64,000 nucleotides of DNA from assembly GCA_964420455.1 (NCBI GenBank), contig CAYQTO010000004.1:5385-69384 (forward strand), written 5' to 3'. Below are positions 35,885 to 47,947 of this stretch, piece by piece. Each line of letters opens with the position of its first letter. Position 1 is the first letter of the stretch. A program made the position numbers and the translations under genes. The DNA is from an uncultured Candidatus Sumerlaeota bacterium. GTDB lineage: Bacteria; Sumerlaeota; Sumerlaeia; SLMS01. Below the pieces are notes generated by a model, which saw only the letters and a program-made list of their open reading frames with translations, had not been told where the DNA came from and ran no database searches.

Positions 35885-37651
35885 ATGACCAAGCGGCCGA
35901 CGGGAATGATCTTTGGCGCGGTTCCCGCCCTTGGGGTTGTCTACTTCGGCCTGCTCGCCCCCACCCCCTCACAGATCGTCGACACCGAAGAGTACCGCGA
36001 CCGCCTCCACGCCATGTGGATCGGCCAGACCATCGCCAACTGGACGGGGCTCCGCACGGAACTCCGCCGCAACCAGCCCCCCTTCTTCACCGATGGGGAC
36101 TGGGGTGGCGTCACCGATCGCGGCCCCATCGAATTCGTCCTCGACCAGGACCCCTGGGGCGCGGACGACGACACCGACATCGAGTACGTCTATACGCACC
36201 TGATCGAGACCCACCAAACCCTCGATCTCACTCCCGCCCAGATCGCCGATGGCTGGCGCCGCCATATCAACGACTTCATTTGGGTTTCGAACGCGCGCGC
36301 ACGGCAACTCATGGGCGAGGGGCTCCATCCTCCCGCCACCGGGATGGCCGCAACGAACCCCGACGGCCTCATGATCGACGCGCAGCTGACGACCGAGCTG
36401 TTTGGTGCTTACGCCCCGGGCATGCCCGAGGTCGCGCTCCGCATCAGCGCCCTCCCCATCCGGACCACCGCCCGCGGCCACGCCGCCCACGCCGCCCAAT
36501 TCCACGTGCTCCTCTACAGCCTTGCCGCTGTTGTCCCGGAGGATCTTTCCCGCCAGGAGCAGGTCCTCTGGCTCGTCGACCACGCCCGGGCCTACCTGCC
36601 GGACTCTTCCAAAGCCGCCGATATCATCGACTTCGTCCGCCAGGACTTCCTCGCAAATCCGGACAAGGACGACTGGGAACGAACGCGGGACCGTGTCCAT
36701 ACCCGGTACCAGCGCGACACGGCTGCGAACGGATTCGCCTATCGCGGCGCCTTCGAGTCGACGATCAATCTCGGCGCCGGGGTGATGGCTCTGCTCTACG
36801 GTGGGGGAGACTACCGTCGTACGGTCCGGATCGGCACCCTCGCCGGCTGGGACAGCGACAACCCAACGGCCACCATGGGGGGGCTCCTCGGCCTCCTGTA
36901 CGGAACCGCCGAAATCAGGGCGATGTTTCCCGAAGTGGCACTTTCGGATCGTTACCATAGCGCCCGCACCCGCGACAACCTGCCTGATTTTCTTCCCGGC
37001 GACCCGGCGGCCGAGGACACCTTCGCCCTCCTGGTGGATCGCATGATGCCCTGGGTGCATGTCGCGGTGGCCTCCGGAGGGGGACGCCTGGCTCCCGCTG
37101 GCCAGCTCTGGATTCTGCCCCCCACTCCCGATTCCCCGCCGGTCCAGCGCAATCCCCTCTGGCGACTCTTTGAACGGAGCGCCAACAATCGCGTGCGGCT
37201 CGACGGGGGCGTGCCCCTGGTCTATACGTCTGACGGGGTGAATGATCCCGCCGTGGCGGACGGCGTCACCTACGACTTTTCCGGTCGCGAGGTGTTCAGC
37301 GACTCGGAGCCGGTCTATACGTCTGCAAGGGGCTTGGACACTTTGTGGATCGCCGTAACGTATCCCGCGGCGGTGGAGGTAAGCAGTCTTCGCTTTGTCG
37401 AAGGCCCCCACGGCGGTGGCGGGGGCTGGTTCGAGGAGTTGACGTCGGTGAAGCTGCTGGTGGGAGGTCGCTGGATCGAGGCGGCGGAGTGGGGCCTTTC
37501 GGAGGCGCTCGATCCCGGGCGGGGATACCAGGAGGTGGAGATCTATCTGCCTGCCCCGCGATCGGTGGAGGGGATCTGGATCGAGGGCCGGCCCGGGGGG
37601 GATGGGGGATTCGTGACGTGCCTCGAACTGGATGGCTTTTCCCGGCCGTGA
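35885..37651 (+). CDS. ADP-ribosylglycohydrolase-family protein with a C-terminal discoidin/F5-8 type C-like domain
   Basis: 588 aa. ARH-like blocks GADDDTDIEYVY and GWDSDNPTATMGGLLGLLYG. The C-terminal ~130 aa are beta-rich (VSSLRFVEGPH...VEGIWIEG). Confidence 0.7.
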   Translation: MTKRPTGMIFGAVPALGVVYFGLLAPTPSQIVDTEEYRDRLHAMWIGQTIANWTGLRTELRRNQPPFFTDGDWGGVTDRGPIEFVLDQDPWGADDDTDIEYVYTHLIETHQTLDLTPAQIADGWRRHINDFIWVSNARARQLMGEGLHPPATGMAATNPDGLMIDAQLTTELFGAYAPGMPEVALRISALPIRTTARGHAAHAAQFHVLLYSLAAVVPEDLSRQEQVLWLVDHARAYLPDSSKAADIIDFVRQDFLANPDKDDWERTRDRVHTRYQRDTAANGFAYRGAFESTINLGAGVMALLYGGGDYRRTVRIGTLAGWDSDNPTATMGGLLGLLYGTAEIRAMFPEVALSDRYHSARTRDNLPDFLPGDPAAEDTFALLVDRMMPWVHVAVASGGGRLAPAGQLWILPPTPDSPPVQRNPLWRLFERSANNRVRLDGGVPLVYTSDGVNDPAVADGVTYDFSGREVFSDSEPVYTSARGLDTLWIAVTYPAAVEVSSLRFVEGPHGGGGGWFEELTSVKLLVGGRWIEAAEWGLSEALDPGRGYQEVEIYLPAPRSVEGIWIEGRPGGDGGFVTCLELDGFSRP

Positions 37652-37731
37652 GGGGTGGCTTTTAGTTGCGCTGGCGCAATCGCTTACATCAGCCTCCCTG
37701 CTGACGGTCCAAATCGCACAAAACCCATCAA

Positions 37732-39072
37732 ATGAGCGATTTCCTCGACAGCATCCCCTTTGGAAAGGCCCCCGCCCTCCTCCTCCTGTTGGCGGTTGCA
37801 AGCGGCCTCTATCTCCTCGCCAATCCGGTTCCGAACCCCGAGGCGGACATCACCGTCTGGACCTTCGAGCATTCCCGCAGCCAACTCTACGAGGAGCAGG
37901 AGGCAGACTTCGAGGCGGCCGTCGGCAACCGCCAACTGGTCGTCAACAACATCGCCTACGAGGCGCTTCAAAGCCGGCTGCGCTCCGCCCTCTGGGCGGC
38001 CCTCGACGTGCCCGACATTGTGGAGCTCGAAATCAGCGGCGCCGGCTCCTTCTTTCGCGGCGAGATCGAACATGTCGGCTTCCTCGATCTCACACCGTAT
38101 ATACAGAAAGACAACCTCGACGAGCTCATCGTGGCCACCCGGTTTACTCCCTATCGAAACCGCGGACGACAATTCGGCCTCCCCCTGGACATCCATCCGG
38201 TGATGGTTGCGTATAGACGCGACCTTTTCGAGGAGCTCGGAATCAATCCGGAGGACCTGGAGACCTGGGACGACTTCCTGCGCATCGGCCGGAACGTGAC
38301 CGTCCCCGGCGAGCGGTACATGATCCAGCTTTCCGAGTCGAACCCCTTCCAGTTCGAGATGCTCCTTTTCCAGAACGGCGGTGGTTACTTTAGCGCGGAT
38401 GGTGATCTCATCATCGACAGCGAGGAGACGATCGAGGCGCTGATGACGTACGTGCCCATGGTGGCGGGGGAGGGACGCATCAGCATCGACCTCGGCGGGG
38501 ATGCGTTTACCCAGGCGATCGAGAACGGCACGATCCTTTGCGTGCTGGCGCCGGACTGGCTCGCGCACTTTATCACTCTGATCGCGCCCCAGGTGGAAGG
38601 CCGCATGGCGCTGATGCCGATGCCCGCGTTCGAACCGGGCGGCCGGCGGACGAGCACCGCGGGCGGGTCGATGATCGCCATTACCGAGGCGTCGCCGAAC
38701 CCGGACCTCGCCTGGGAGTTCATCCGCTACTTCTGGCTGAACGAGGAGGCGGCGGAGGAACGCTTTCGTGAAACAGGTATCCTGCCGCCCTTCAAAGAGG
38801 CGTGGTCGCTGCCGGCCTTTTCCGAGCCCGATCCGTTCTGGTCGAACCAGCGCGTCGGCCAGTTGTTCGCCTCTGTCGCCGAGGACGTCCCCCCTCAGCA
38901 CGCGAGTCCCTTTGTCGAGGTGGCCAAGGCCGAAATGGGTAACGTTTTGTCGGCTTGTTCGAGGTACTATCGGGACAACGGCGAGGAGGGATTCGAGGAA
39001 TTCGCCCGCCGTCGCCTTGCCCGCGCTGCGGAGGACATTCGCCGCCTGATGTCGAGGGACCCCTTCCGATGA
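37732..39072 (+). CDS. ABC sugar transporter substrate-binding protein (family 1 SBP)
   Basis: 446 aa. N-terminal TM/signal segment and typical SBP_bac_1 layout. Followed by two permease genes with overlapping starts and stops. Confidence 0.85.
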   Translation: MSDFLDSIPFGKAPALLLLLAVASGLYLLANPVPNPEADITVWTFEHSRSQLYEEQEADFEAAVGNRQLVVNNIAYEALQSRLRSALWAALDVPDIVELEISGAGSFFRGEIEHVGFLDLTPYIQKDNLDELIVATRFTPYRNRGRQFGLPLDIHPVMVAYRRDLFEELGINPEDLETWDDFLRIGRNVTVPGERYMIQLSESNPFQFEMLLFQNGGGYFSADGDLIIDSEETIEALMTYVPMVAGEGRISIDLGGDAFTQAIENGTILCVLAPDWLAHFITLIAPQVEGRMALMPMPAFEPGGRRTSTAGGSMIAITEASPNPDLAWEFIRYFWLNEEAAEERFRETGILPPFKEAWSLPAFSEPDPFWSNQRVGQLFASVAEDVPPQHASPFVEVAKAEMGNVLSACSRYYRDNGEEGFEEFARRRLARAAEDIRRLMSRDPFR

Positions 39073-39965
39073 TGGCCGAGGCTTTTTTCCGGTTCCAGCG
39101 GCGCTCCGCCCCGTATCTCTTCGTGGCACCGTTCCTGGTCACTTTCGCCGTCTTCTGGCTCTACCCCCTCATCAAGAGCCTGATCCTTTCCACCTACATC
39201 ACCAGCGGCCCCCAGTCGCAGGCGTTTGTCGGGTTCGACAACTTCCTGTTTCTGCTGACCGACGGCAATTTCCACCGGGCGGTGATCAATACCGCCGTCT
39301 TCACGCTGTTCTCCCTGTTGCTCCAGGTGCCCGTGAGCCTTGGCCTGGCGCTGCTCCTGAACGACGCGGCGGTCAAGGGGCGGAATTTCTTCCGCTTCGC
39401 GTTCTTCTCGCCGCACCTGTTCGGCCAGGTGTTCGTCGCGCTGCTGTTCACGGTCATCTTCCTGCCGCAATACGGCCTGCTCAACGTCGCGCTTCACACG
39501 CTCTTTGGGGCGGACCTCGACCGCAACTGGCTCGGCAACGCGCAACTGGTTATGCCATCGCTGGTTCTGACGGCGCTTTGGATGAATCTCGGGTTTAACA
39601 TGATCTATTTCCTGGCGGCGCTCCAGTCCATCGACCGGGTGTTATACGAAGCCGCGGCGGTGGACGGGGCGAGCGCGGTCCAGCGCTTTCGCCATGTAAC
39701 CCTCCCGGGTATCCGCCCCGTCCTCGTCTTCGTCCTGGTCATCATCACGATCGGCTCCTTCCAACTTTACGAATTGCCGTTCGTGATGCTCGATGGACCC
39801 GGGCCCGAGAACGCCGGCCTCACCGTGGTCATGATGCTTTATCGCGAAGGGTTCGAGGCGGGTGATCTCGGTTATGCCTCGGCGATCGGCTGGACACTGG
39901 CCCTGATCGTCATGGCCGCCTCGCTGCTCCAGGTCGTCCTGAGTGGAGCCTTGAAACATGAATAG
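39069..39965 (+). CDS. ABC sugar transporter permease (MalF/UgpA-like)
   Basis: Trimmed to MMAEAFFRFQRRSAPYLFVAPF..., with an ATGA overlap with the SBP stop. EAA-loop region YEAAAVDGASAVQRFRHVTLPGIRP. Confidence 0.85.
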   Translation: MMAEAFFRFQRRSAPYLFVAPFLVTFAVFWLYPLIKSLILSTYITSGPQSQAFVGFDNFLFLLTDGNFHRAVINTAVFTLFSLLLQVPVSLGLALLLNDAAVKGRNFFRFAFFSPHLFGQVFVALLFTVIFLPQYGLLNVALHTLFGADLDRNWLGNAQLVMPSLVLTALWMNLGFNMIYFLAALQSIDRVLYEAAAVDGASAVQRFRHVTLPGIRPVLVFVLVIITIGSFQLYELPFVMLDGPGPENAGLTVVMMLYREGFEAGDLGYASAIGWTLALIVMAASLLQVVLSGALKHE

Positions 39966-41136
39966 GCCCCGTTCCGGAAGGGCAGTTGGCTGGCTTCTGA
40001 TCCACCTGGTGCTGCTCGTGGTGGCGCTGGTCACGCTCACGCCGATGGTGTGGCTGATCGCGGCAACGTTCAAGAGCCCCCGGTATATCTTCAGCTATAC
40101 GTTCTTCGGACCTGCGTACGAGGAACCGGCCGGGCGCAATGTGGTCGCGTGGGAATTCTGGGAGACCTTCGACGATGTCTATACAGGCCCCGGGACGGCG
40201 AACGATGCCCTTGCCGCCGCTCTCGACGAGGTTGGTGTCACGCCACCGCCCGGATTCGCCGCGGACTGGAATGTTGAAGAGTTCCCCGACGACTTCACCG
40301 CCGAGGACCTCCGTGAGACCGCTGCTCTCATCCACGGGCAGACCGGCCTGGCCGACGACGAGCGCGATCTCTTTGGCCGTATCTTCTTCGAAACCTTCGC
40401 CCAGCGCTTTCAGGACAACTACACGGGCATCCCCCACGAGGAACCCCGTGCCGTCCTTCCCACCCTGTCGCTTCAGAATTTCGCCAACCTGAACGCAAGC
40501 ATCCCCTTTCCCCGCTACGTCATCAATTCCTTCTTCGTGACCTGCGTCACGGTGCTGATCCAGCTGTTCCTCGCGTCTCTCGGTGGGTTTGCCCTCGCCA
40601 AGTACAGCTTCCGCTTCAAACAGCCGATCATGATCCTCATGTTGCTTACGATGATGATCCCAGGCCACGTCATGCTCGCACCTTTGTACGAGCTCATCTA
40701 CCACATGGGCTTTGTTGACACCTACACCGGGCTGATCATCCCCGGCGCCGTGAACGTGTTTGGGATGTTCCTCTTTCGCCAGTCGATGTTGCAGATACCG
40801 AACGACCTGGTGGAGGCAGGCCGCGTGGATGGCTGCACGGAATTCCGAATCTACTGGAGCATCGCCCTCCCCGTTTCTCGCCCGATGATCGGCGCGTTCA
40901 CCCTCATCTCCTTCATGATGGCGTGGAACAACTTCCTGTGGCCACAGATCATCCTCCAGACGCAGGAGCGCTTTACGCTGCCGATTGGGCTGAACCAAAT
41001 GGTCAGCGTGTACGCGGGAAACTACGGTGCGTTGATGGCGGGAACCTTTCTGTCGGTTCTGCCGGTGGTGGTGCTCTTTTTCCTGCTCCAGCGCGAGTTC
41101 ATCAGTGGCCTGACCGCCGGCGCGGTAAAAGGCTGA
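39958..41136 (+). CDS. ABC sugar transporter permease (MalG/UgpE-like) with an enlarged first periplasmic loop
   Basis: 392 aa. EAA loop VEAGRVDGCTEFRIYWSIALPVSRP. About 150 aa lie between TM1 and TM2. Confidence 0.85.
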   Translation: MNRPRSGRAVGWLLIHLVLLVVALVTLTPMVWLIAATFKSPRYIFSYTFFGPAYEEPAGRNVVAWEFWETFDDVYTGPGTANDALAAALDEVGVTPPPGFAADWNVEEFPDDFTAEDLRETAALIHGQTGLADDERDLFGRIFFETFAQRFQDNYTGIPHEEPRAVLPTLSLQNFANLNASIPFPRYVINSFFVTCVTVLIQLFLASLGGFALAKYSFRFKQPIMILMLLTMMIPGHVMLAPLYELIYHMGFVDTYTGLIIPGAVNVFGMFLFRQSMLQIPNDLVEAGRVDGCTEFRIYWSIALPVSRPMIGAFTLISFMMAWNNFLWPQIILQTQERFTLPIGLNQMVSVYAGNYGALMAGTFLSVLPVVVLFFLLQREFISGLTAGAVKG

Positions 41137-41156
41137 CCGCCGCGGGTGCGCCGCCG

Positions 41157-41170
41157 GTGCGACGTCGCAC
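41157..41170. promoter_or_regulatory. perfect 14-bp palindrome GTGCGACGTCGCAC upstream of clpB (candidate operator/UAS)
   Basis: The sequence is self-complementary. A further half-site CGTCGCA lies at 41202..41208, and an inverted repeat GGATTC-N5-GAATCC at 41186..41202. Confidence 0.5.
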
Positions 41171-41213
41171 GGGCCAGAGCGGGGTGGATTCCCTTCGAAT
41201 CCGTCGCATACTC

Positions 41214-41228
41214 GGGCACGTTTTTCGG
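41214..41228 (+). promoter_or_regulatory. weak sigma-54-like element upstream of clpB
   Basis: GGGCACG-TTTT-TCGG. The -24 half is good and the -12 half is poor. It lies 40 nt upstream of the ATG at 41268. Confidence 0.25.
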
Positions 41229-41267
41229 TCCTCCTTTTTTCATCCAATTCCTTGAGTGAGGTGGAGA

Positions 41268-43901
<2,634 letters not shown>

Positions 43902-43913
43902 GCCGGCCTTCGA

Positions 43914-43957
43914 GGCGGCGGGGCATCGTCCCCCGGTCCCCGCCGCCCCATTTCTTT
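43914..43957 (+). terminator. intrinsic terminator after clpB
   Basis: GGCGGCGGGG-N14-CCCCGCCGCC (10-bp stem) followed by CCATTTCTTTCC. Confidence 0.6.
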
Positions 43958-44031
43958 CCGAAAACGCTCGCCTTTTCCGTCATACTTTCCTTTCCTCCTG
44001 GCTCGTTGCGATGCCACCGGGAGGTGACGCC

Positions 44032-45381
44032 ATGGGCCGGGTGTTGTTTCGTGGAGGAAGGGCGGTGCTGCCGTCGGGCACGGAGGAGGTGAATGTGCTG
44101 GTGGACGGCGGCCGGATCGTGGGCGTTGGCGTGGATGCAAATACTCCCGCGGACGAGATCGTGGATGCGCGCGGGCTGGTGCTCCTGCCGGGAGTTGTTG
44201 ACGACCAGGTGCATTTCCGTGAGCCGGGCCTAACGCACAAGGAGGACCTCGTCCACGCGACGCGGGCCTGCGCCAAGGGGGGCGTCACGAGCTTCCTCGA
44301 GATGCCCAACACGAACCCGACGACGACCACCGTCGCCCGTCTCCACGACAAGCTGGCCCTCGCCCAGGGGCGCTGCACGGTGAATTACGGGTTCTACATG
44401 GGGGCGACGCCGGGTAATGTGGAGGAACTCCGGGTGGCGGACCGCACCCCGGGCATCAAGATCTTCATCGGGTCCAGCACCGGCGAACTGCTCGTGGACG
44501 ACCAGGACGCGCTCGAACGCATCTTCGCCGAGACAACACTTCCCATCTGTGCCCACTGCGAGGACGAGTCGACGATTCGTGCCAATGCGGCCGCCATCGG
44601 CACCCCCGCGTCGGTGGCGGACCACTCCAGCATCCGCGACGAGCAGGCGGCGGTCATCGCAACCCGTCGGGCCTTCGATCTCGCGGCGCGCCACAACCAC
44701 CGGTTTCATCTCCTGCATGTGTCGACTGCGGCGGAGGCGGAGATGCTCCGCGGTCGTCCCCGCGGCGTCACCGCCGAGGTCTGCCCCCACCACCTCCTGT
44801 TCTGTATAGACGACTACGAGCGCCTTGGGTCGCTGGTGCAGATGAATCCGTCGATCAAGACGCGGGCGGACAACGAGGGGCTCTGGCGGGCCCTCGCCGA
44901 GGGTATCATCGAGGTCGTGGCGACGGACCACGCGCCCCACACGCGCGAAGAGAAATCGCGCCCCTACCCCGAATCCCCCTCGGGGCTTCCGGCGATCGAG
45001 AACTCCCTCGTGCTGATGCTGGACGCGGTCAACGCGGGGCGGCTGACTCTCCAACGGCTGGTGGAGGCCATGTGCGATGCCCCCGCGCGGGTGTGGGGAA
45101 TCGTGGGCAAGGGTCGCATCACCGAGGGCTATGACGCCGATCTGGTGCTCGTTGACCTGGAGCGGGAGCAGACGATTCGCGACGAGGAGCAGTTGGCCAA
45201 GTGCGGGTGGACTCCCTGGAACGGGACGACCGTGCGCGGCGCCGTTGTCCAGACCTGGCTTGGTGGCGTATGCGTCTATAAGGACAGCCGCGTGGTCCTG
45301 GAAGGCACCGGCGGCGAACTCGTGTTCGACCACGCCCGGGGCGGATTCGCCGCAACACCGGATGGCATCGGCACCGCTTAG
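44032..45381 (+). CDS. pyrC: dihydroorotase-type cyclic amidohydrolase
   Basis: Trimmed to [14 protein letters not shown]..., with RBS GGAGGTG. Shows [29 protein letters not shown] and ATDHAPH. Confidence 0.75.
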   Translation: MGRVLFRGGRAVLPSGTEEVNVLVDGGRIVGVGVDANTPADEIVDARGLVLLPGVVDDQVHFREPGLTHKEDLVHATRACAKGGVTSFLEMPNTNPTTTTVARLHDKLALAQGRCTVNYGFYMGATPGNVEELRVADRTPGIKIFIGSSTGELLVDDQDALERIFAETTLPICAHCEDESTIRANAAAIGTPASVADHSSIRDEQAAVIATRRAFDLAARHNHRFHLLHVSTAAEAEMLRGRPRGVTAEVCPHHLLFCIDDYERLGSLVQMNPSIKTRADNEGLWRALAEGIIEVVATDHAPHTREEKSRPYPESPSGLPAIENSLVLMLDAVNAGRLTLQRLVEAMCDAPARVWGIVGKGRITEGYDADLVLVDLEREQTIRDEEQLAKCGWTPWNGTTVRGAVVQTWLGGVCVYKDSRVVLEGTGGELVFDHARGGFAATPDGIGTA

Positions 45382-46250
45382 AAGCGGACGCCGTCGACCT
45401 TGGTCATTTCCGCGAAGCGAGCCGCGAGTTTGCGGTAAATGGGCCCCGGCTTGCCGTCGCTCACAATCCGCTGGTCGATGTCGATGACGGGAACGACCTC
45501 TGCCGCCGTGCCCGTGAGGAAGACCTCGTCCGCCTCGTAGCATTCATAGAGCGTGAAGGGCTGCTCCTGGACGGTGTATCCCGCCTCGCGGGCGATTTCG
45601 ATCACGGCATCGCGCGTGATGCCCTTCAGCGCGCCCATGTACGCCGGCGGCGTCGTCAGCACACCGTCCTTGACGATGAAGATGTTGTCGCCCGTGCATT
45701 CGACGACATAGCCCTGCGCGTCCAGCATGAGGGCTTCGAGGACACCGGCATGAATCGCCTCGACCTTGGCCATGATGTTGTTGAGATAGTTGAGTGACTT
45801 GACCCGCGGCGAGAGCGAGTCGGCGGAAAAACGCCGTGTGGCCGCCACGATGATCGGCAGGCCGTTCTCGTAGTACTCGTTCGGATACAGCCGCACTTCG
45901 GTCACGATGATAATGACCGACGGGTTCGAGCACTTGAAGGGGCTCAGGCTCATCTCCCCAACCCCCCGCGTGAGCACCAGGCGTATATACCCGTTCTCCA
46001 GCCCGGACCGGCGACAGGTCTCGAGGATCGCCTCGGTCATTTTCTCGCGCCCAAGGGGCGGCTTCAGCATGATGTACTTTGCCGAGCTCTCCAGCCGTTC
46101 CAGATGCTGCTCGAGACGGAACACGTTGCGGTCATAGAAGCGAATGCCCTCAAACACCCCGTCGCCATAGAGCACGGCGTGGTCGAGGACGCTGATCTTT
46201 GCGTCCTCCTTCGAGTAATACTCTCCATCGATATAGACGCAAACGGCCAT
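45378..46250 (-). CDS. ilvE: branched-chain amino acid aminotransferase (fold-type IV PLP enzyme)
   Basis: Trimmed to [12 protein letters not shown]... Shows [18 protein letters not shown], and [15 protein letters not shown] (PLP Lys region). Confidence 0.8.
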   Translation of the reverse strand: MAVCVYIDGEYYSKEDAKISVLDHAVLYGDGVFEGIRFYDRNVFRLEQHLERLESSAKYIMLKPPLGREKMTEAILETCRRSGLENGYIRLVLTRGVGEMSLSPFKCSNPSVIIIVTEVRLYPNEYYENGLPIIVAATRRFSADSLSPRVKSLNYLNNIMAKVEAIHAGVLEALMLDAQGYVVECTGDNIFIVKDGVLTTPPAYMGALKGITRDAVIEIAREAGYTVQEQPFTLYECYEADEVFLTGTAAEVVPVIDIDQRIVSDGKPGPIYRKLAARFAEMTKVDGVRF

Positions 46251-46331
46251 GGTTGGAATGCCTCCGCGAGACTTGAGCAGTGAAGCTGCGGTTTCCTTGT
46301 GCACGGGCAAGCCCAGTTGCGCGGGGCCTTC

Positions 46332-47846
46332 TCAAGTCTCGCGGATTTCAATCTCGTGGAATTTGTGTCCGATGCCCTTCAGTTCATCGAACCCTTCCGG
46401 CTCCTTGTAGTCCTTCAACTCGTGAGCCATGAATCGGGCTAGGTGGCCAAAGTTGAGTTCATAGATTTCCTTTTCCCGTTCCTTGTTTTCCTTCTGTCTG
46501 GCCTCGTCGGCGGCTTTCAGGACTTCCTTCACGTAAACGCCGTAGCCAAGGTTCTTGTCGCGGATGGAGAAGCCGGGGGTGCGATGCAAGGTCTGGAATG
46601 CTTCGCTGATGGAGGCCTCGTTGAGGGGGGTGCGAAGGATTGGGGCGCGAGTGAGGCGCTCGGCGGACTGGAGGGCGTGCCCGTCGGCCTGTGGGCTCTG
46701 CACAAAGATCATGGCGATGTGGGACAGGCGAGGGTTACTCCGGAGAAGTTGCGCCAACTGCAGCCCCGAATAGCGCGGCGTAATGATCGACGCCACCACC
46801 ACGTCGGGCTGGAACCGGGCGATGAGTTCGATCGCGTGGACGGGATCCTCGAGAGGGAGAAACTCGGCCAGACCTTTGAGCGCGCGGTGGAAGACTTCGA
46901 GGTGCTCGACCCGGTCGATGAGAACAAGAACGCGGGGCTGCGTGGGGCGGGCGCGCTTGGCGGCGGATTTCCCCAGGGCGCCAAGGCGGCGTTGCGCCAG
47001 AATCTCGGCCGGACTGGGTGCTCGCGGTGACGGGGCCTTCGGGCGAAGGTCCGGTGTGGCACCCGCGGGCGAAGATGCCTTTTCCTTCGGCGGTGTTTCC
47101 CTTCGCGGCGGGTGTGGAGGCTCGGGGGCGGGTTCCTCGCGCTGGCGTCCAAAGACCACCTGGCGCTGCTGGGCCTCCCGGGTCGCCCGTTGGTAGTCGG
47201 GTTCCGGCGGGGGAGGGAGATCGACCGTGTCGCGGTCGGGCTTCTCCTCCGCTGGGGGGACGGCGACTTCCGGGGTTGACTTGCGGCCAAAGAGGCGACG
47301 CACCCGCTTGGTCTCGCGCGATGGTTCCTCCGCCCGATGGAGGATGTCGCGCCGCGGGTCCGCCGGGACCGCCGGAATATCGCCAACAGTCTCGGGGCAA
47401 TCCACCGCCTCCAGCGGTGTGGCGTCGATTACGGCGATCTCTCCGGGGGTGAACGCCTTCTCACGAGGGGTGGCGCCGTTCCTTTCGAAGATGGCGGCCA
47501 GCCGGGCGATCACATCCGCGCTGTCAAAGGGCTTCTCGATATAGTCCTGTGCCCCGGTGGCGGTTGCCCTCTCGCGCACTTCCTTGCTGGAAAGGGCGGT
47601 GAGGAAGACAAACGGCAGGTCCGCCGCTGTGGGGTTGCGCCGCAGCGCCTCCGCGCAGTCGATGCCGCTCATGATCGGCATGTTGATGTCCAGCACCAGA
47701 AGGTCGGGCTCGTAGCGGTCGATCTTCTCGAGGGCATCCAGGCCGTTGTGGGCTTCGACTGTCTCGAATTCCGACGCGAGGAGCGTGGTGATGACGAACC
47801 GGACATCCGGATCGTCGTCGACGACCATGACGCGAAAGCGACTCAT
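46332..47846 (-). CDS. atypical response regulator: canonical REC, Pro/Arg-rich linker, second degenerate receiver-like domain, conserved C-terminal tail
   Basis: N-terminus MSRFRVMVVDDDPDVRF...LLVLDINMPIMSG...YIEKPF. The linker of ~170 aa is rich in P/R/E/A. The second domain RVLVLIDRVEHL...PDVVVASIITPRYSG lacks the acidic pocket. Confidence 0.75.
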   Translation of the reverse strand: MSRFRVMVVDDDPDVRFVITTLLASEFETVEAHNGLDALEKIDRYEPDLLVLDINMPIMSGIDCAEALRRNPTAADLPFVFLTALSSKEVRERATATGAQDYIEKPFDSADVIARLAAIFERNGATPREKAFTPGEIAVIDATPLEAVDCPETVGDIPAVPADPRRDILHRAEEPSRETKRVRRLFGRKSTPEVAVPPAEEKPDRDTVDLPPPPEPDYQRATREAQQRQVVFGRQREEPAPEPPHPPRRETPPKEKASSPAGATPDLRPKAPSPRAPSPAEILAQRRLGALGKSAAKRARPTQPRVLVLIDRVEHLEVFHRALKGLAEFLPLEDPVHAIELIARFQPDVVVASIITPRYSGLQLAQLLRSNPRLSHIAMIFVQSPQADGHALQSAERLTRAPILRTPLNEASISEAFQTLHRTPGFSIRDKNLGYGVYVKEVLKAADEARQKENKEREKEIYELNFGHLARFMAHELKDYKEPEGFDELKGIGHKFHEIEIRET

Positions 47847-47947
47847 AGGCGGACCTCGGGCGTTGCTACAGTGACGTTACCTTCGCCGATACGGCCGAAT
47901 GCAATGGGAACAAAGCCAGACCTGAGACACGGGGAAGGGTGGGGACC

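Noticed and set aside
41186-41210. The TTCGAATCC string resembles a tRNA T-loop.
   Set aside because: The flanking bases do not form a T-stem, and no acceptor, D or anticodon arms can be drawn. It is better explained as the inverted repeat GGATTC-N5-GAATCC in the clpB upstream region.
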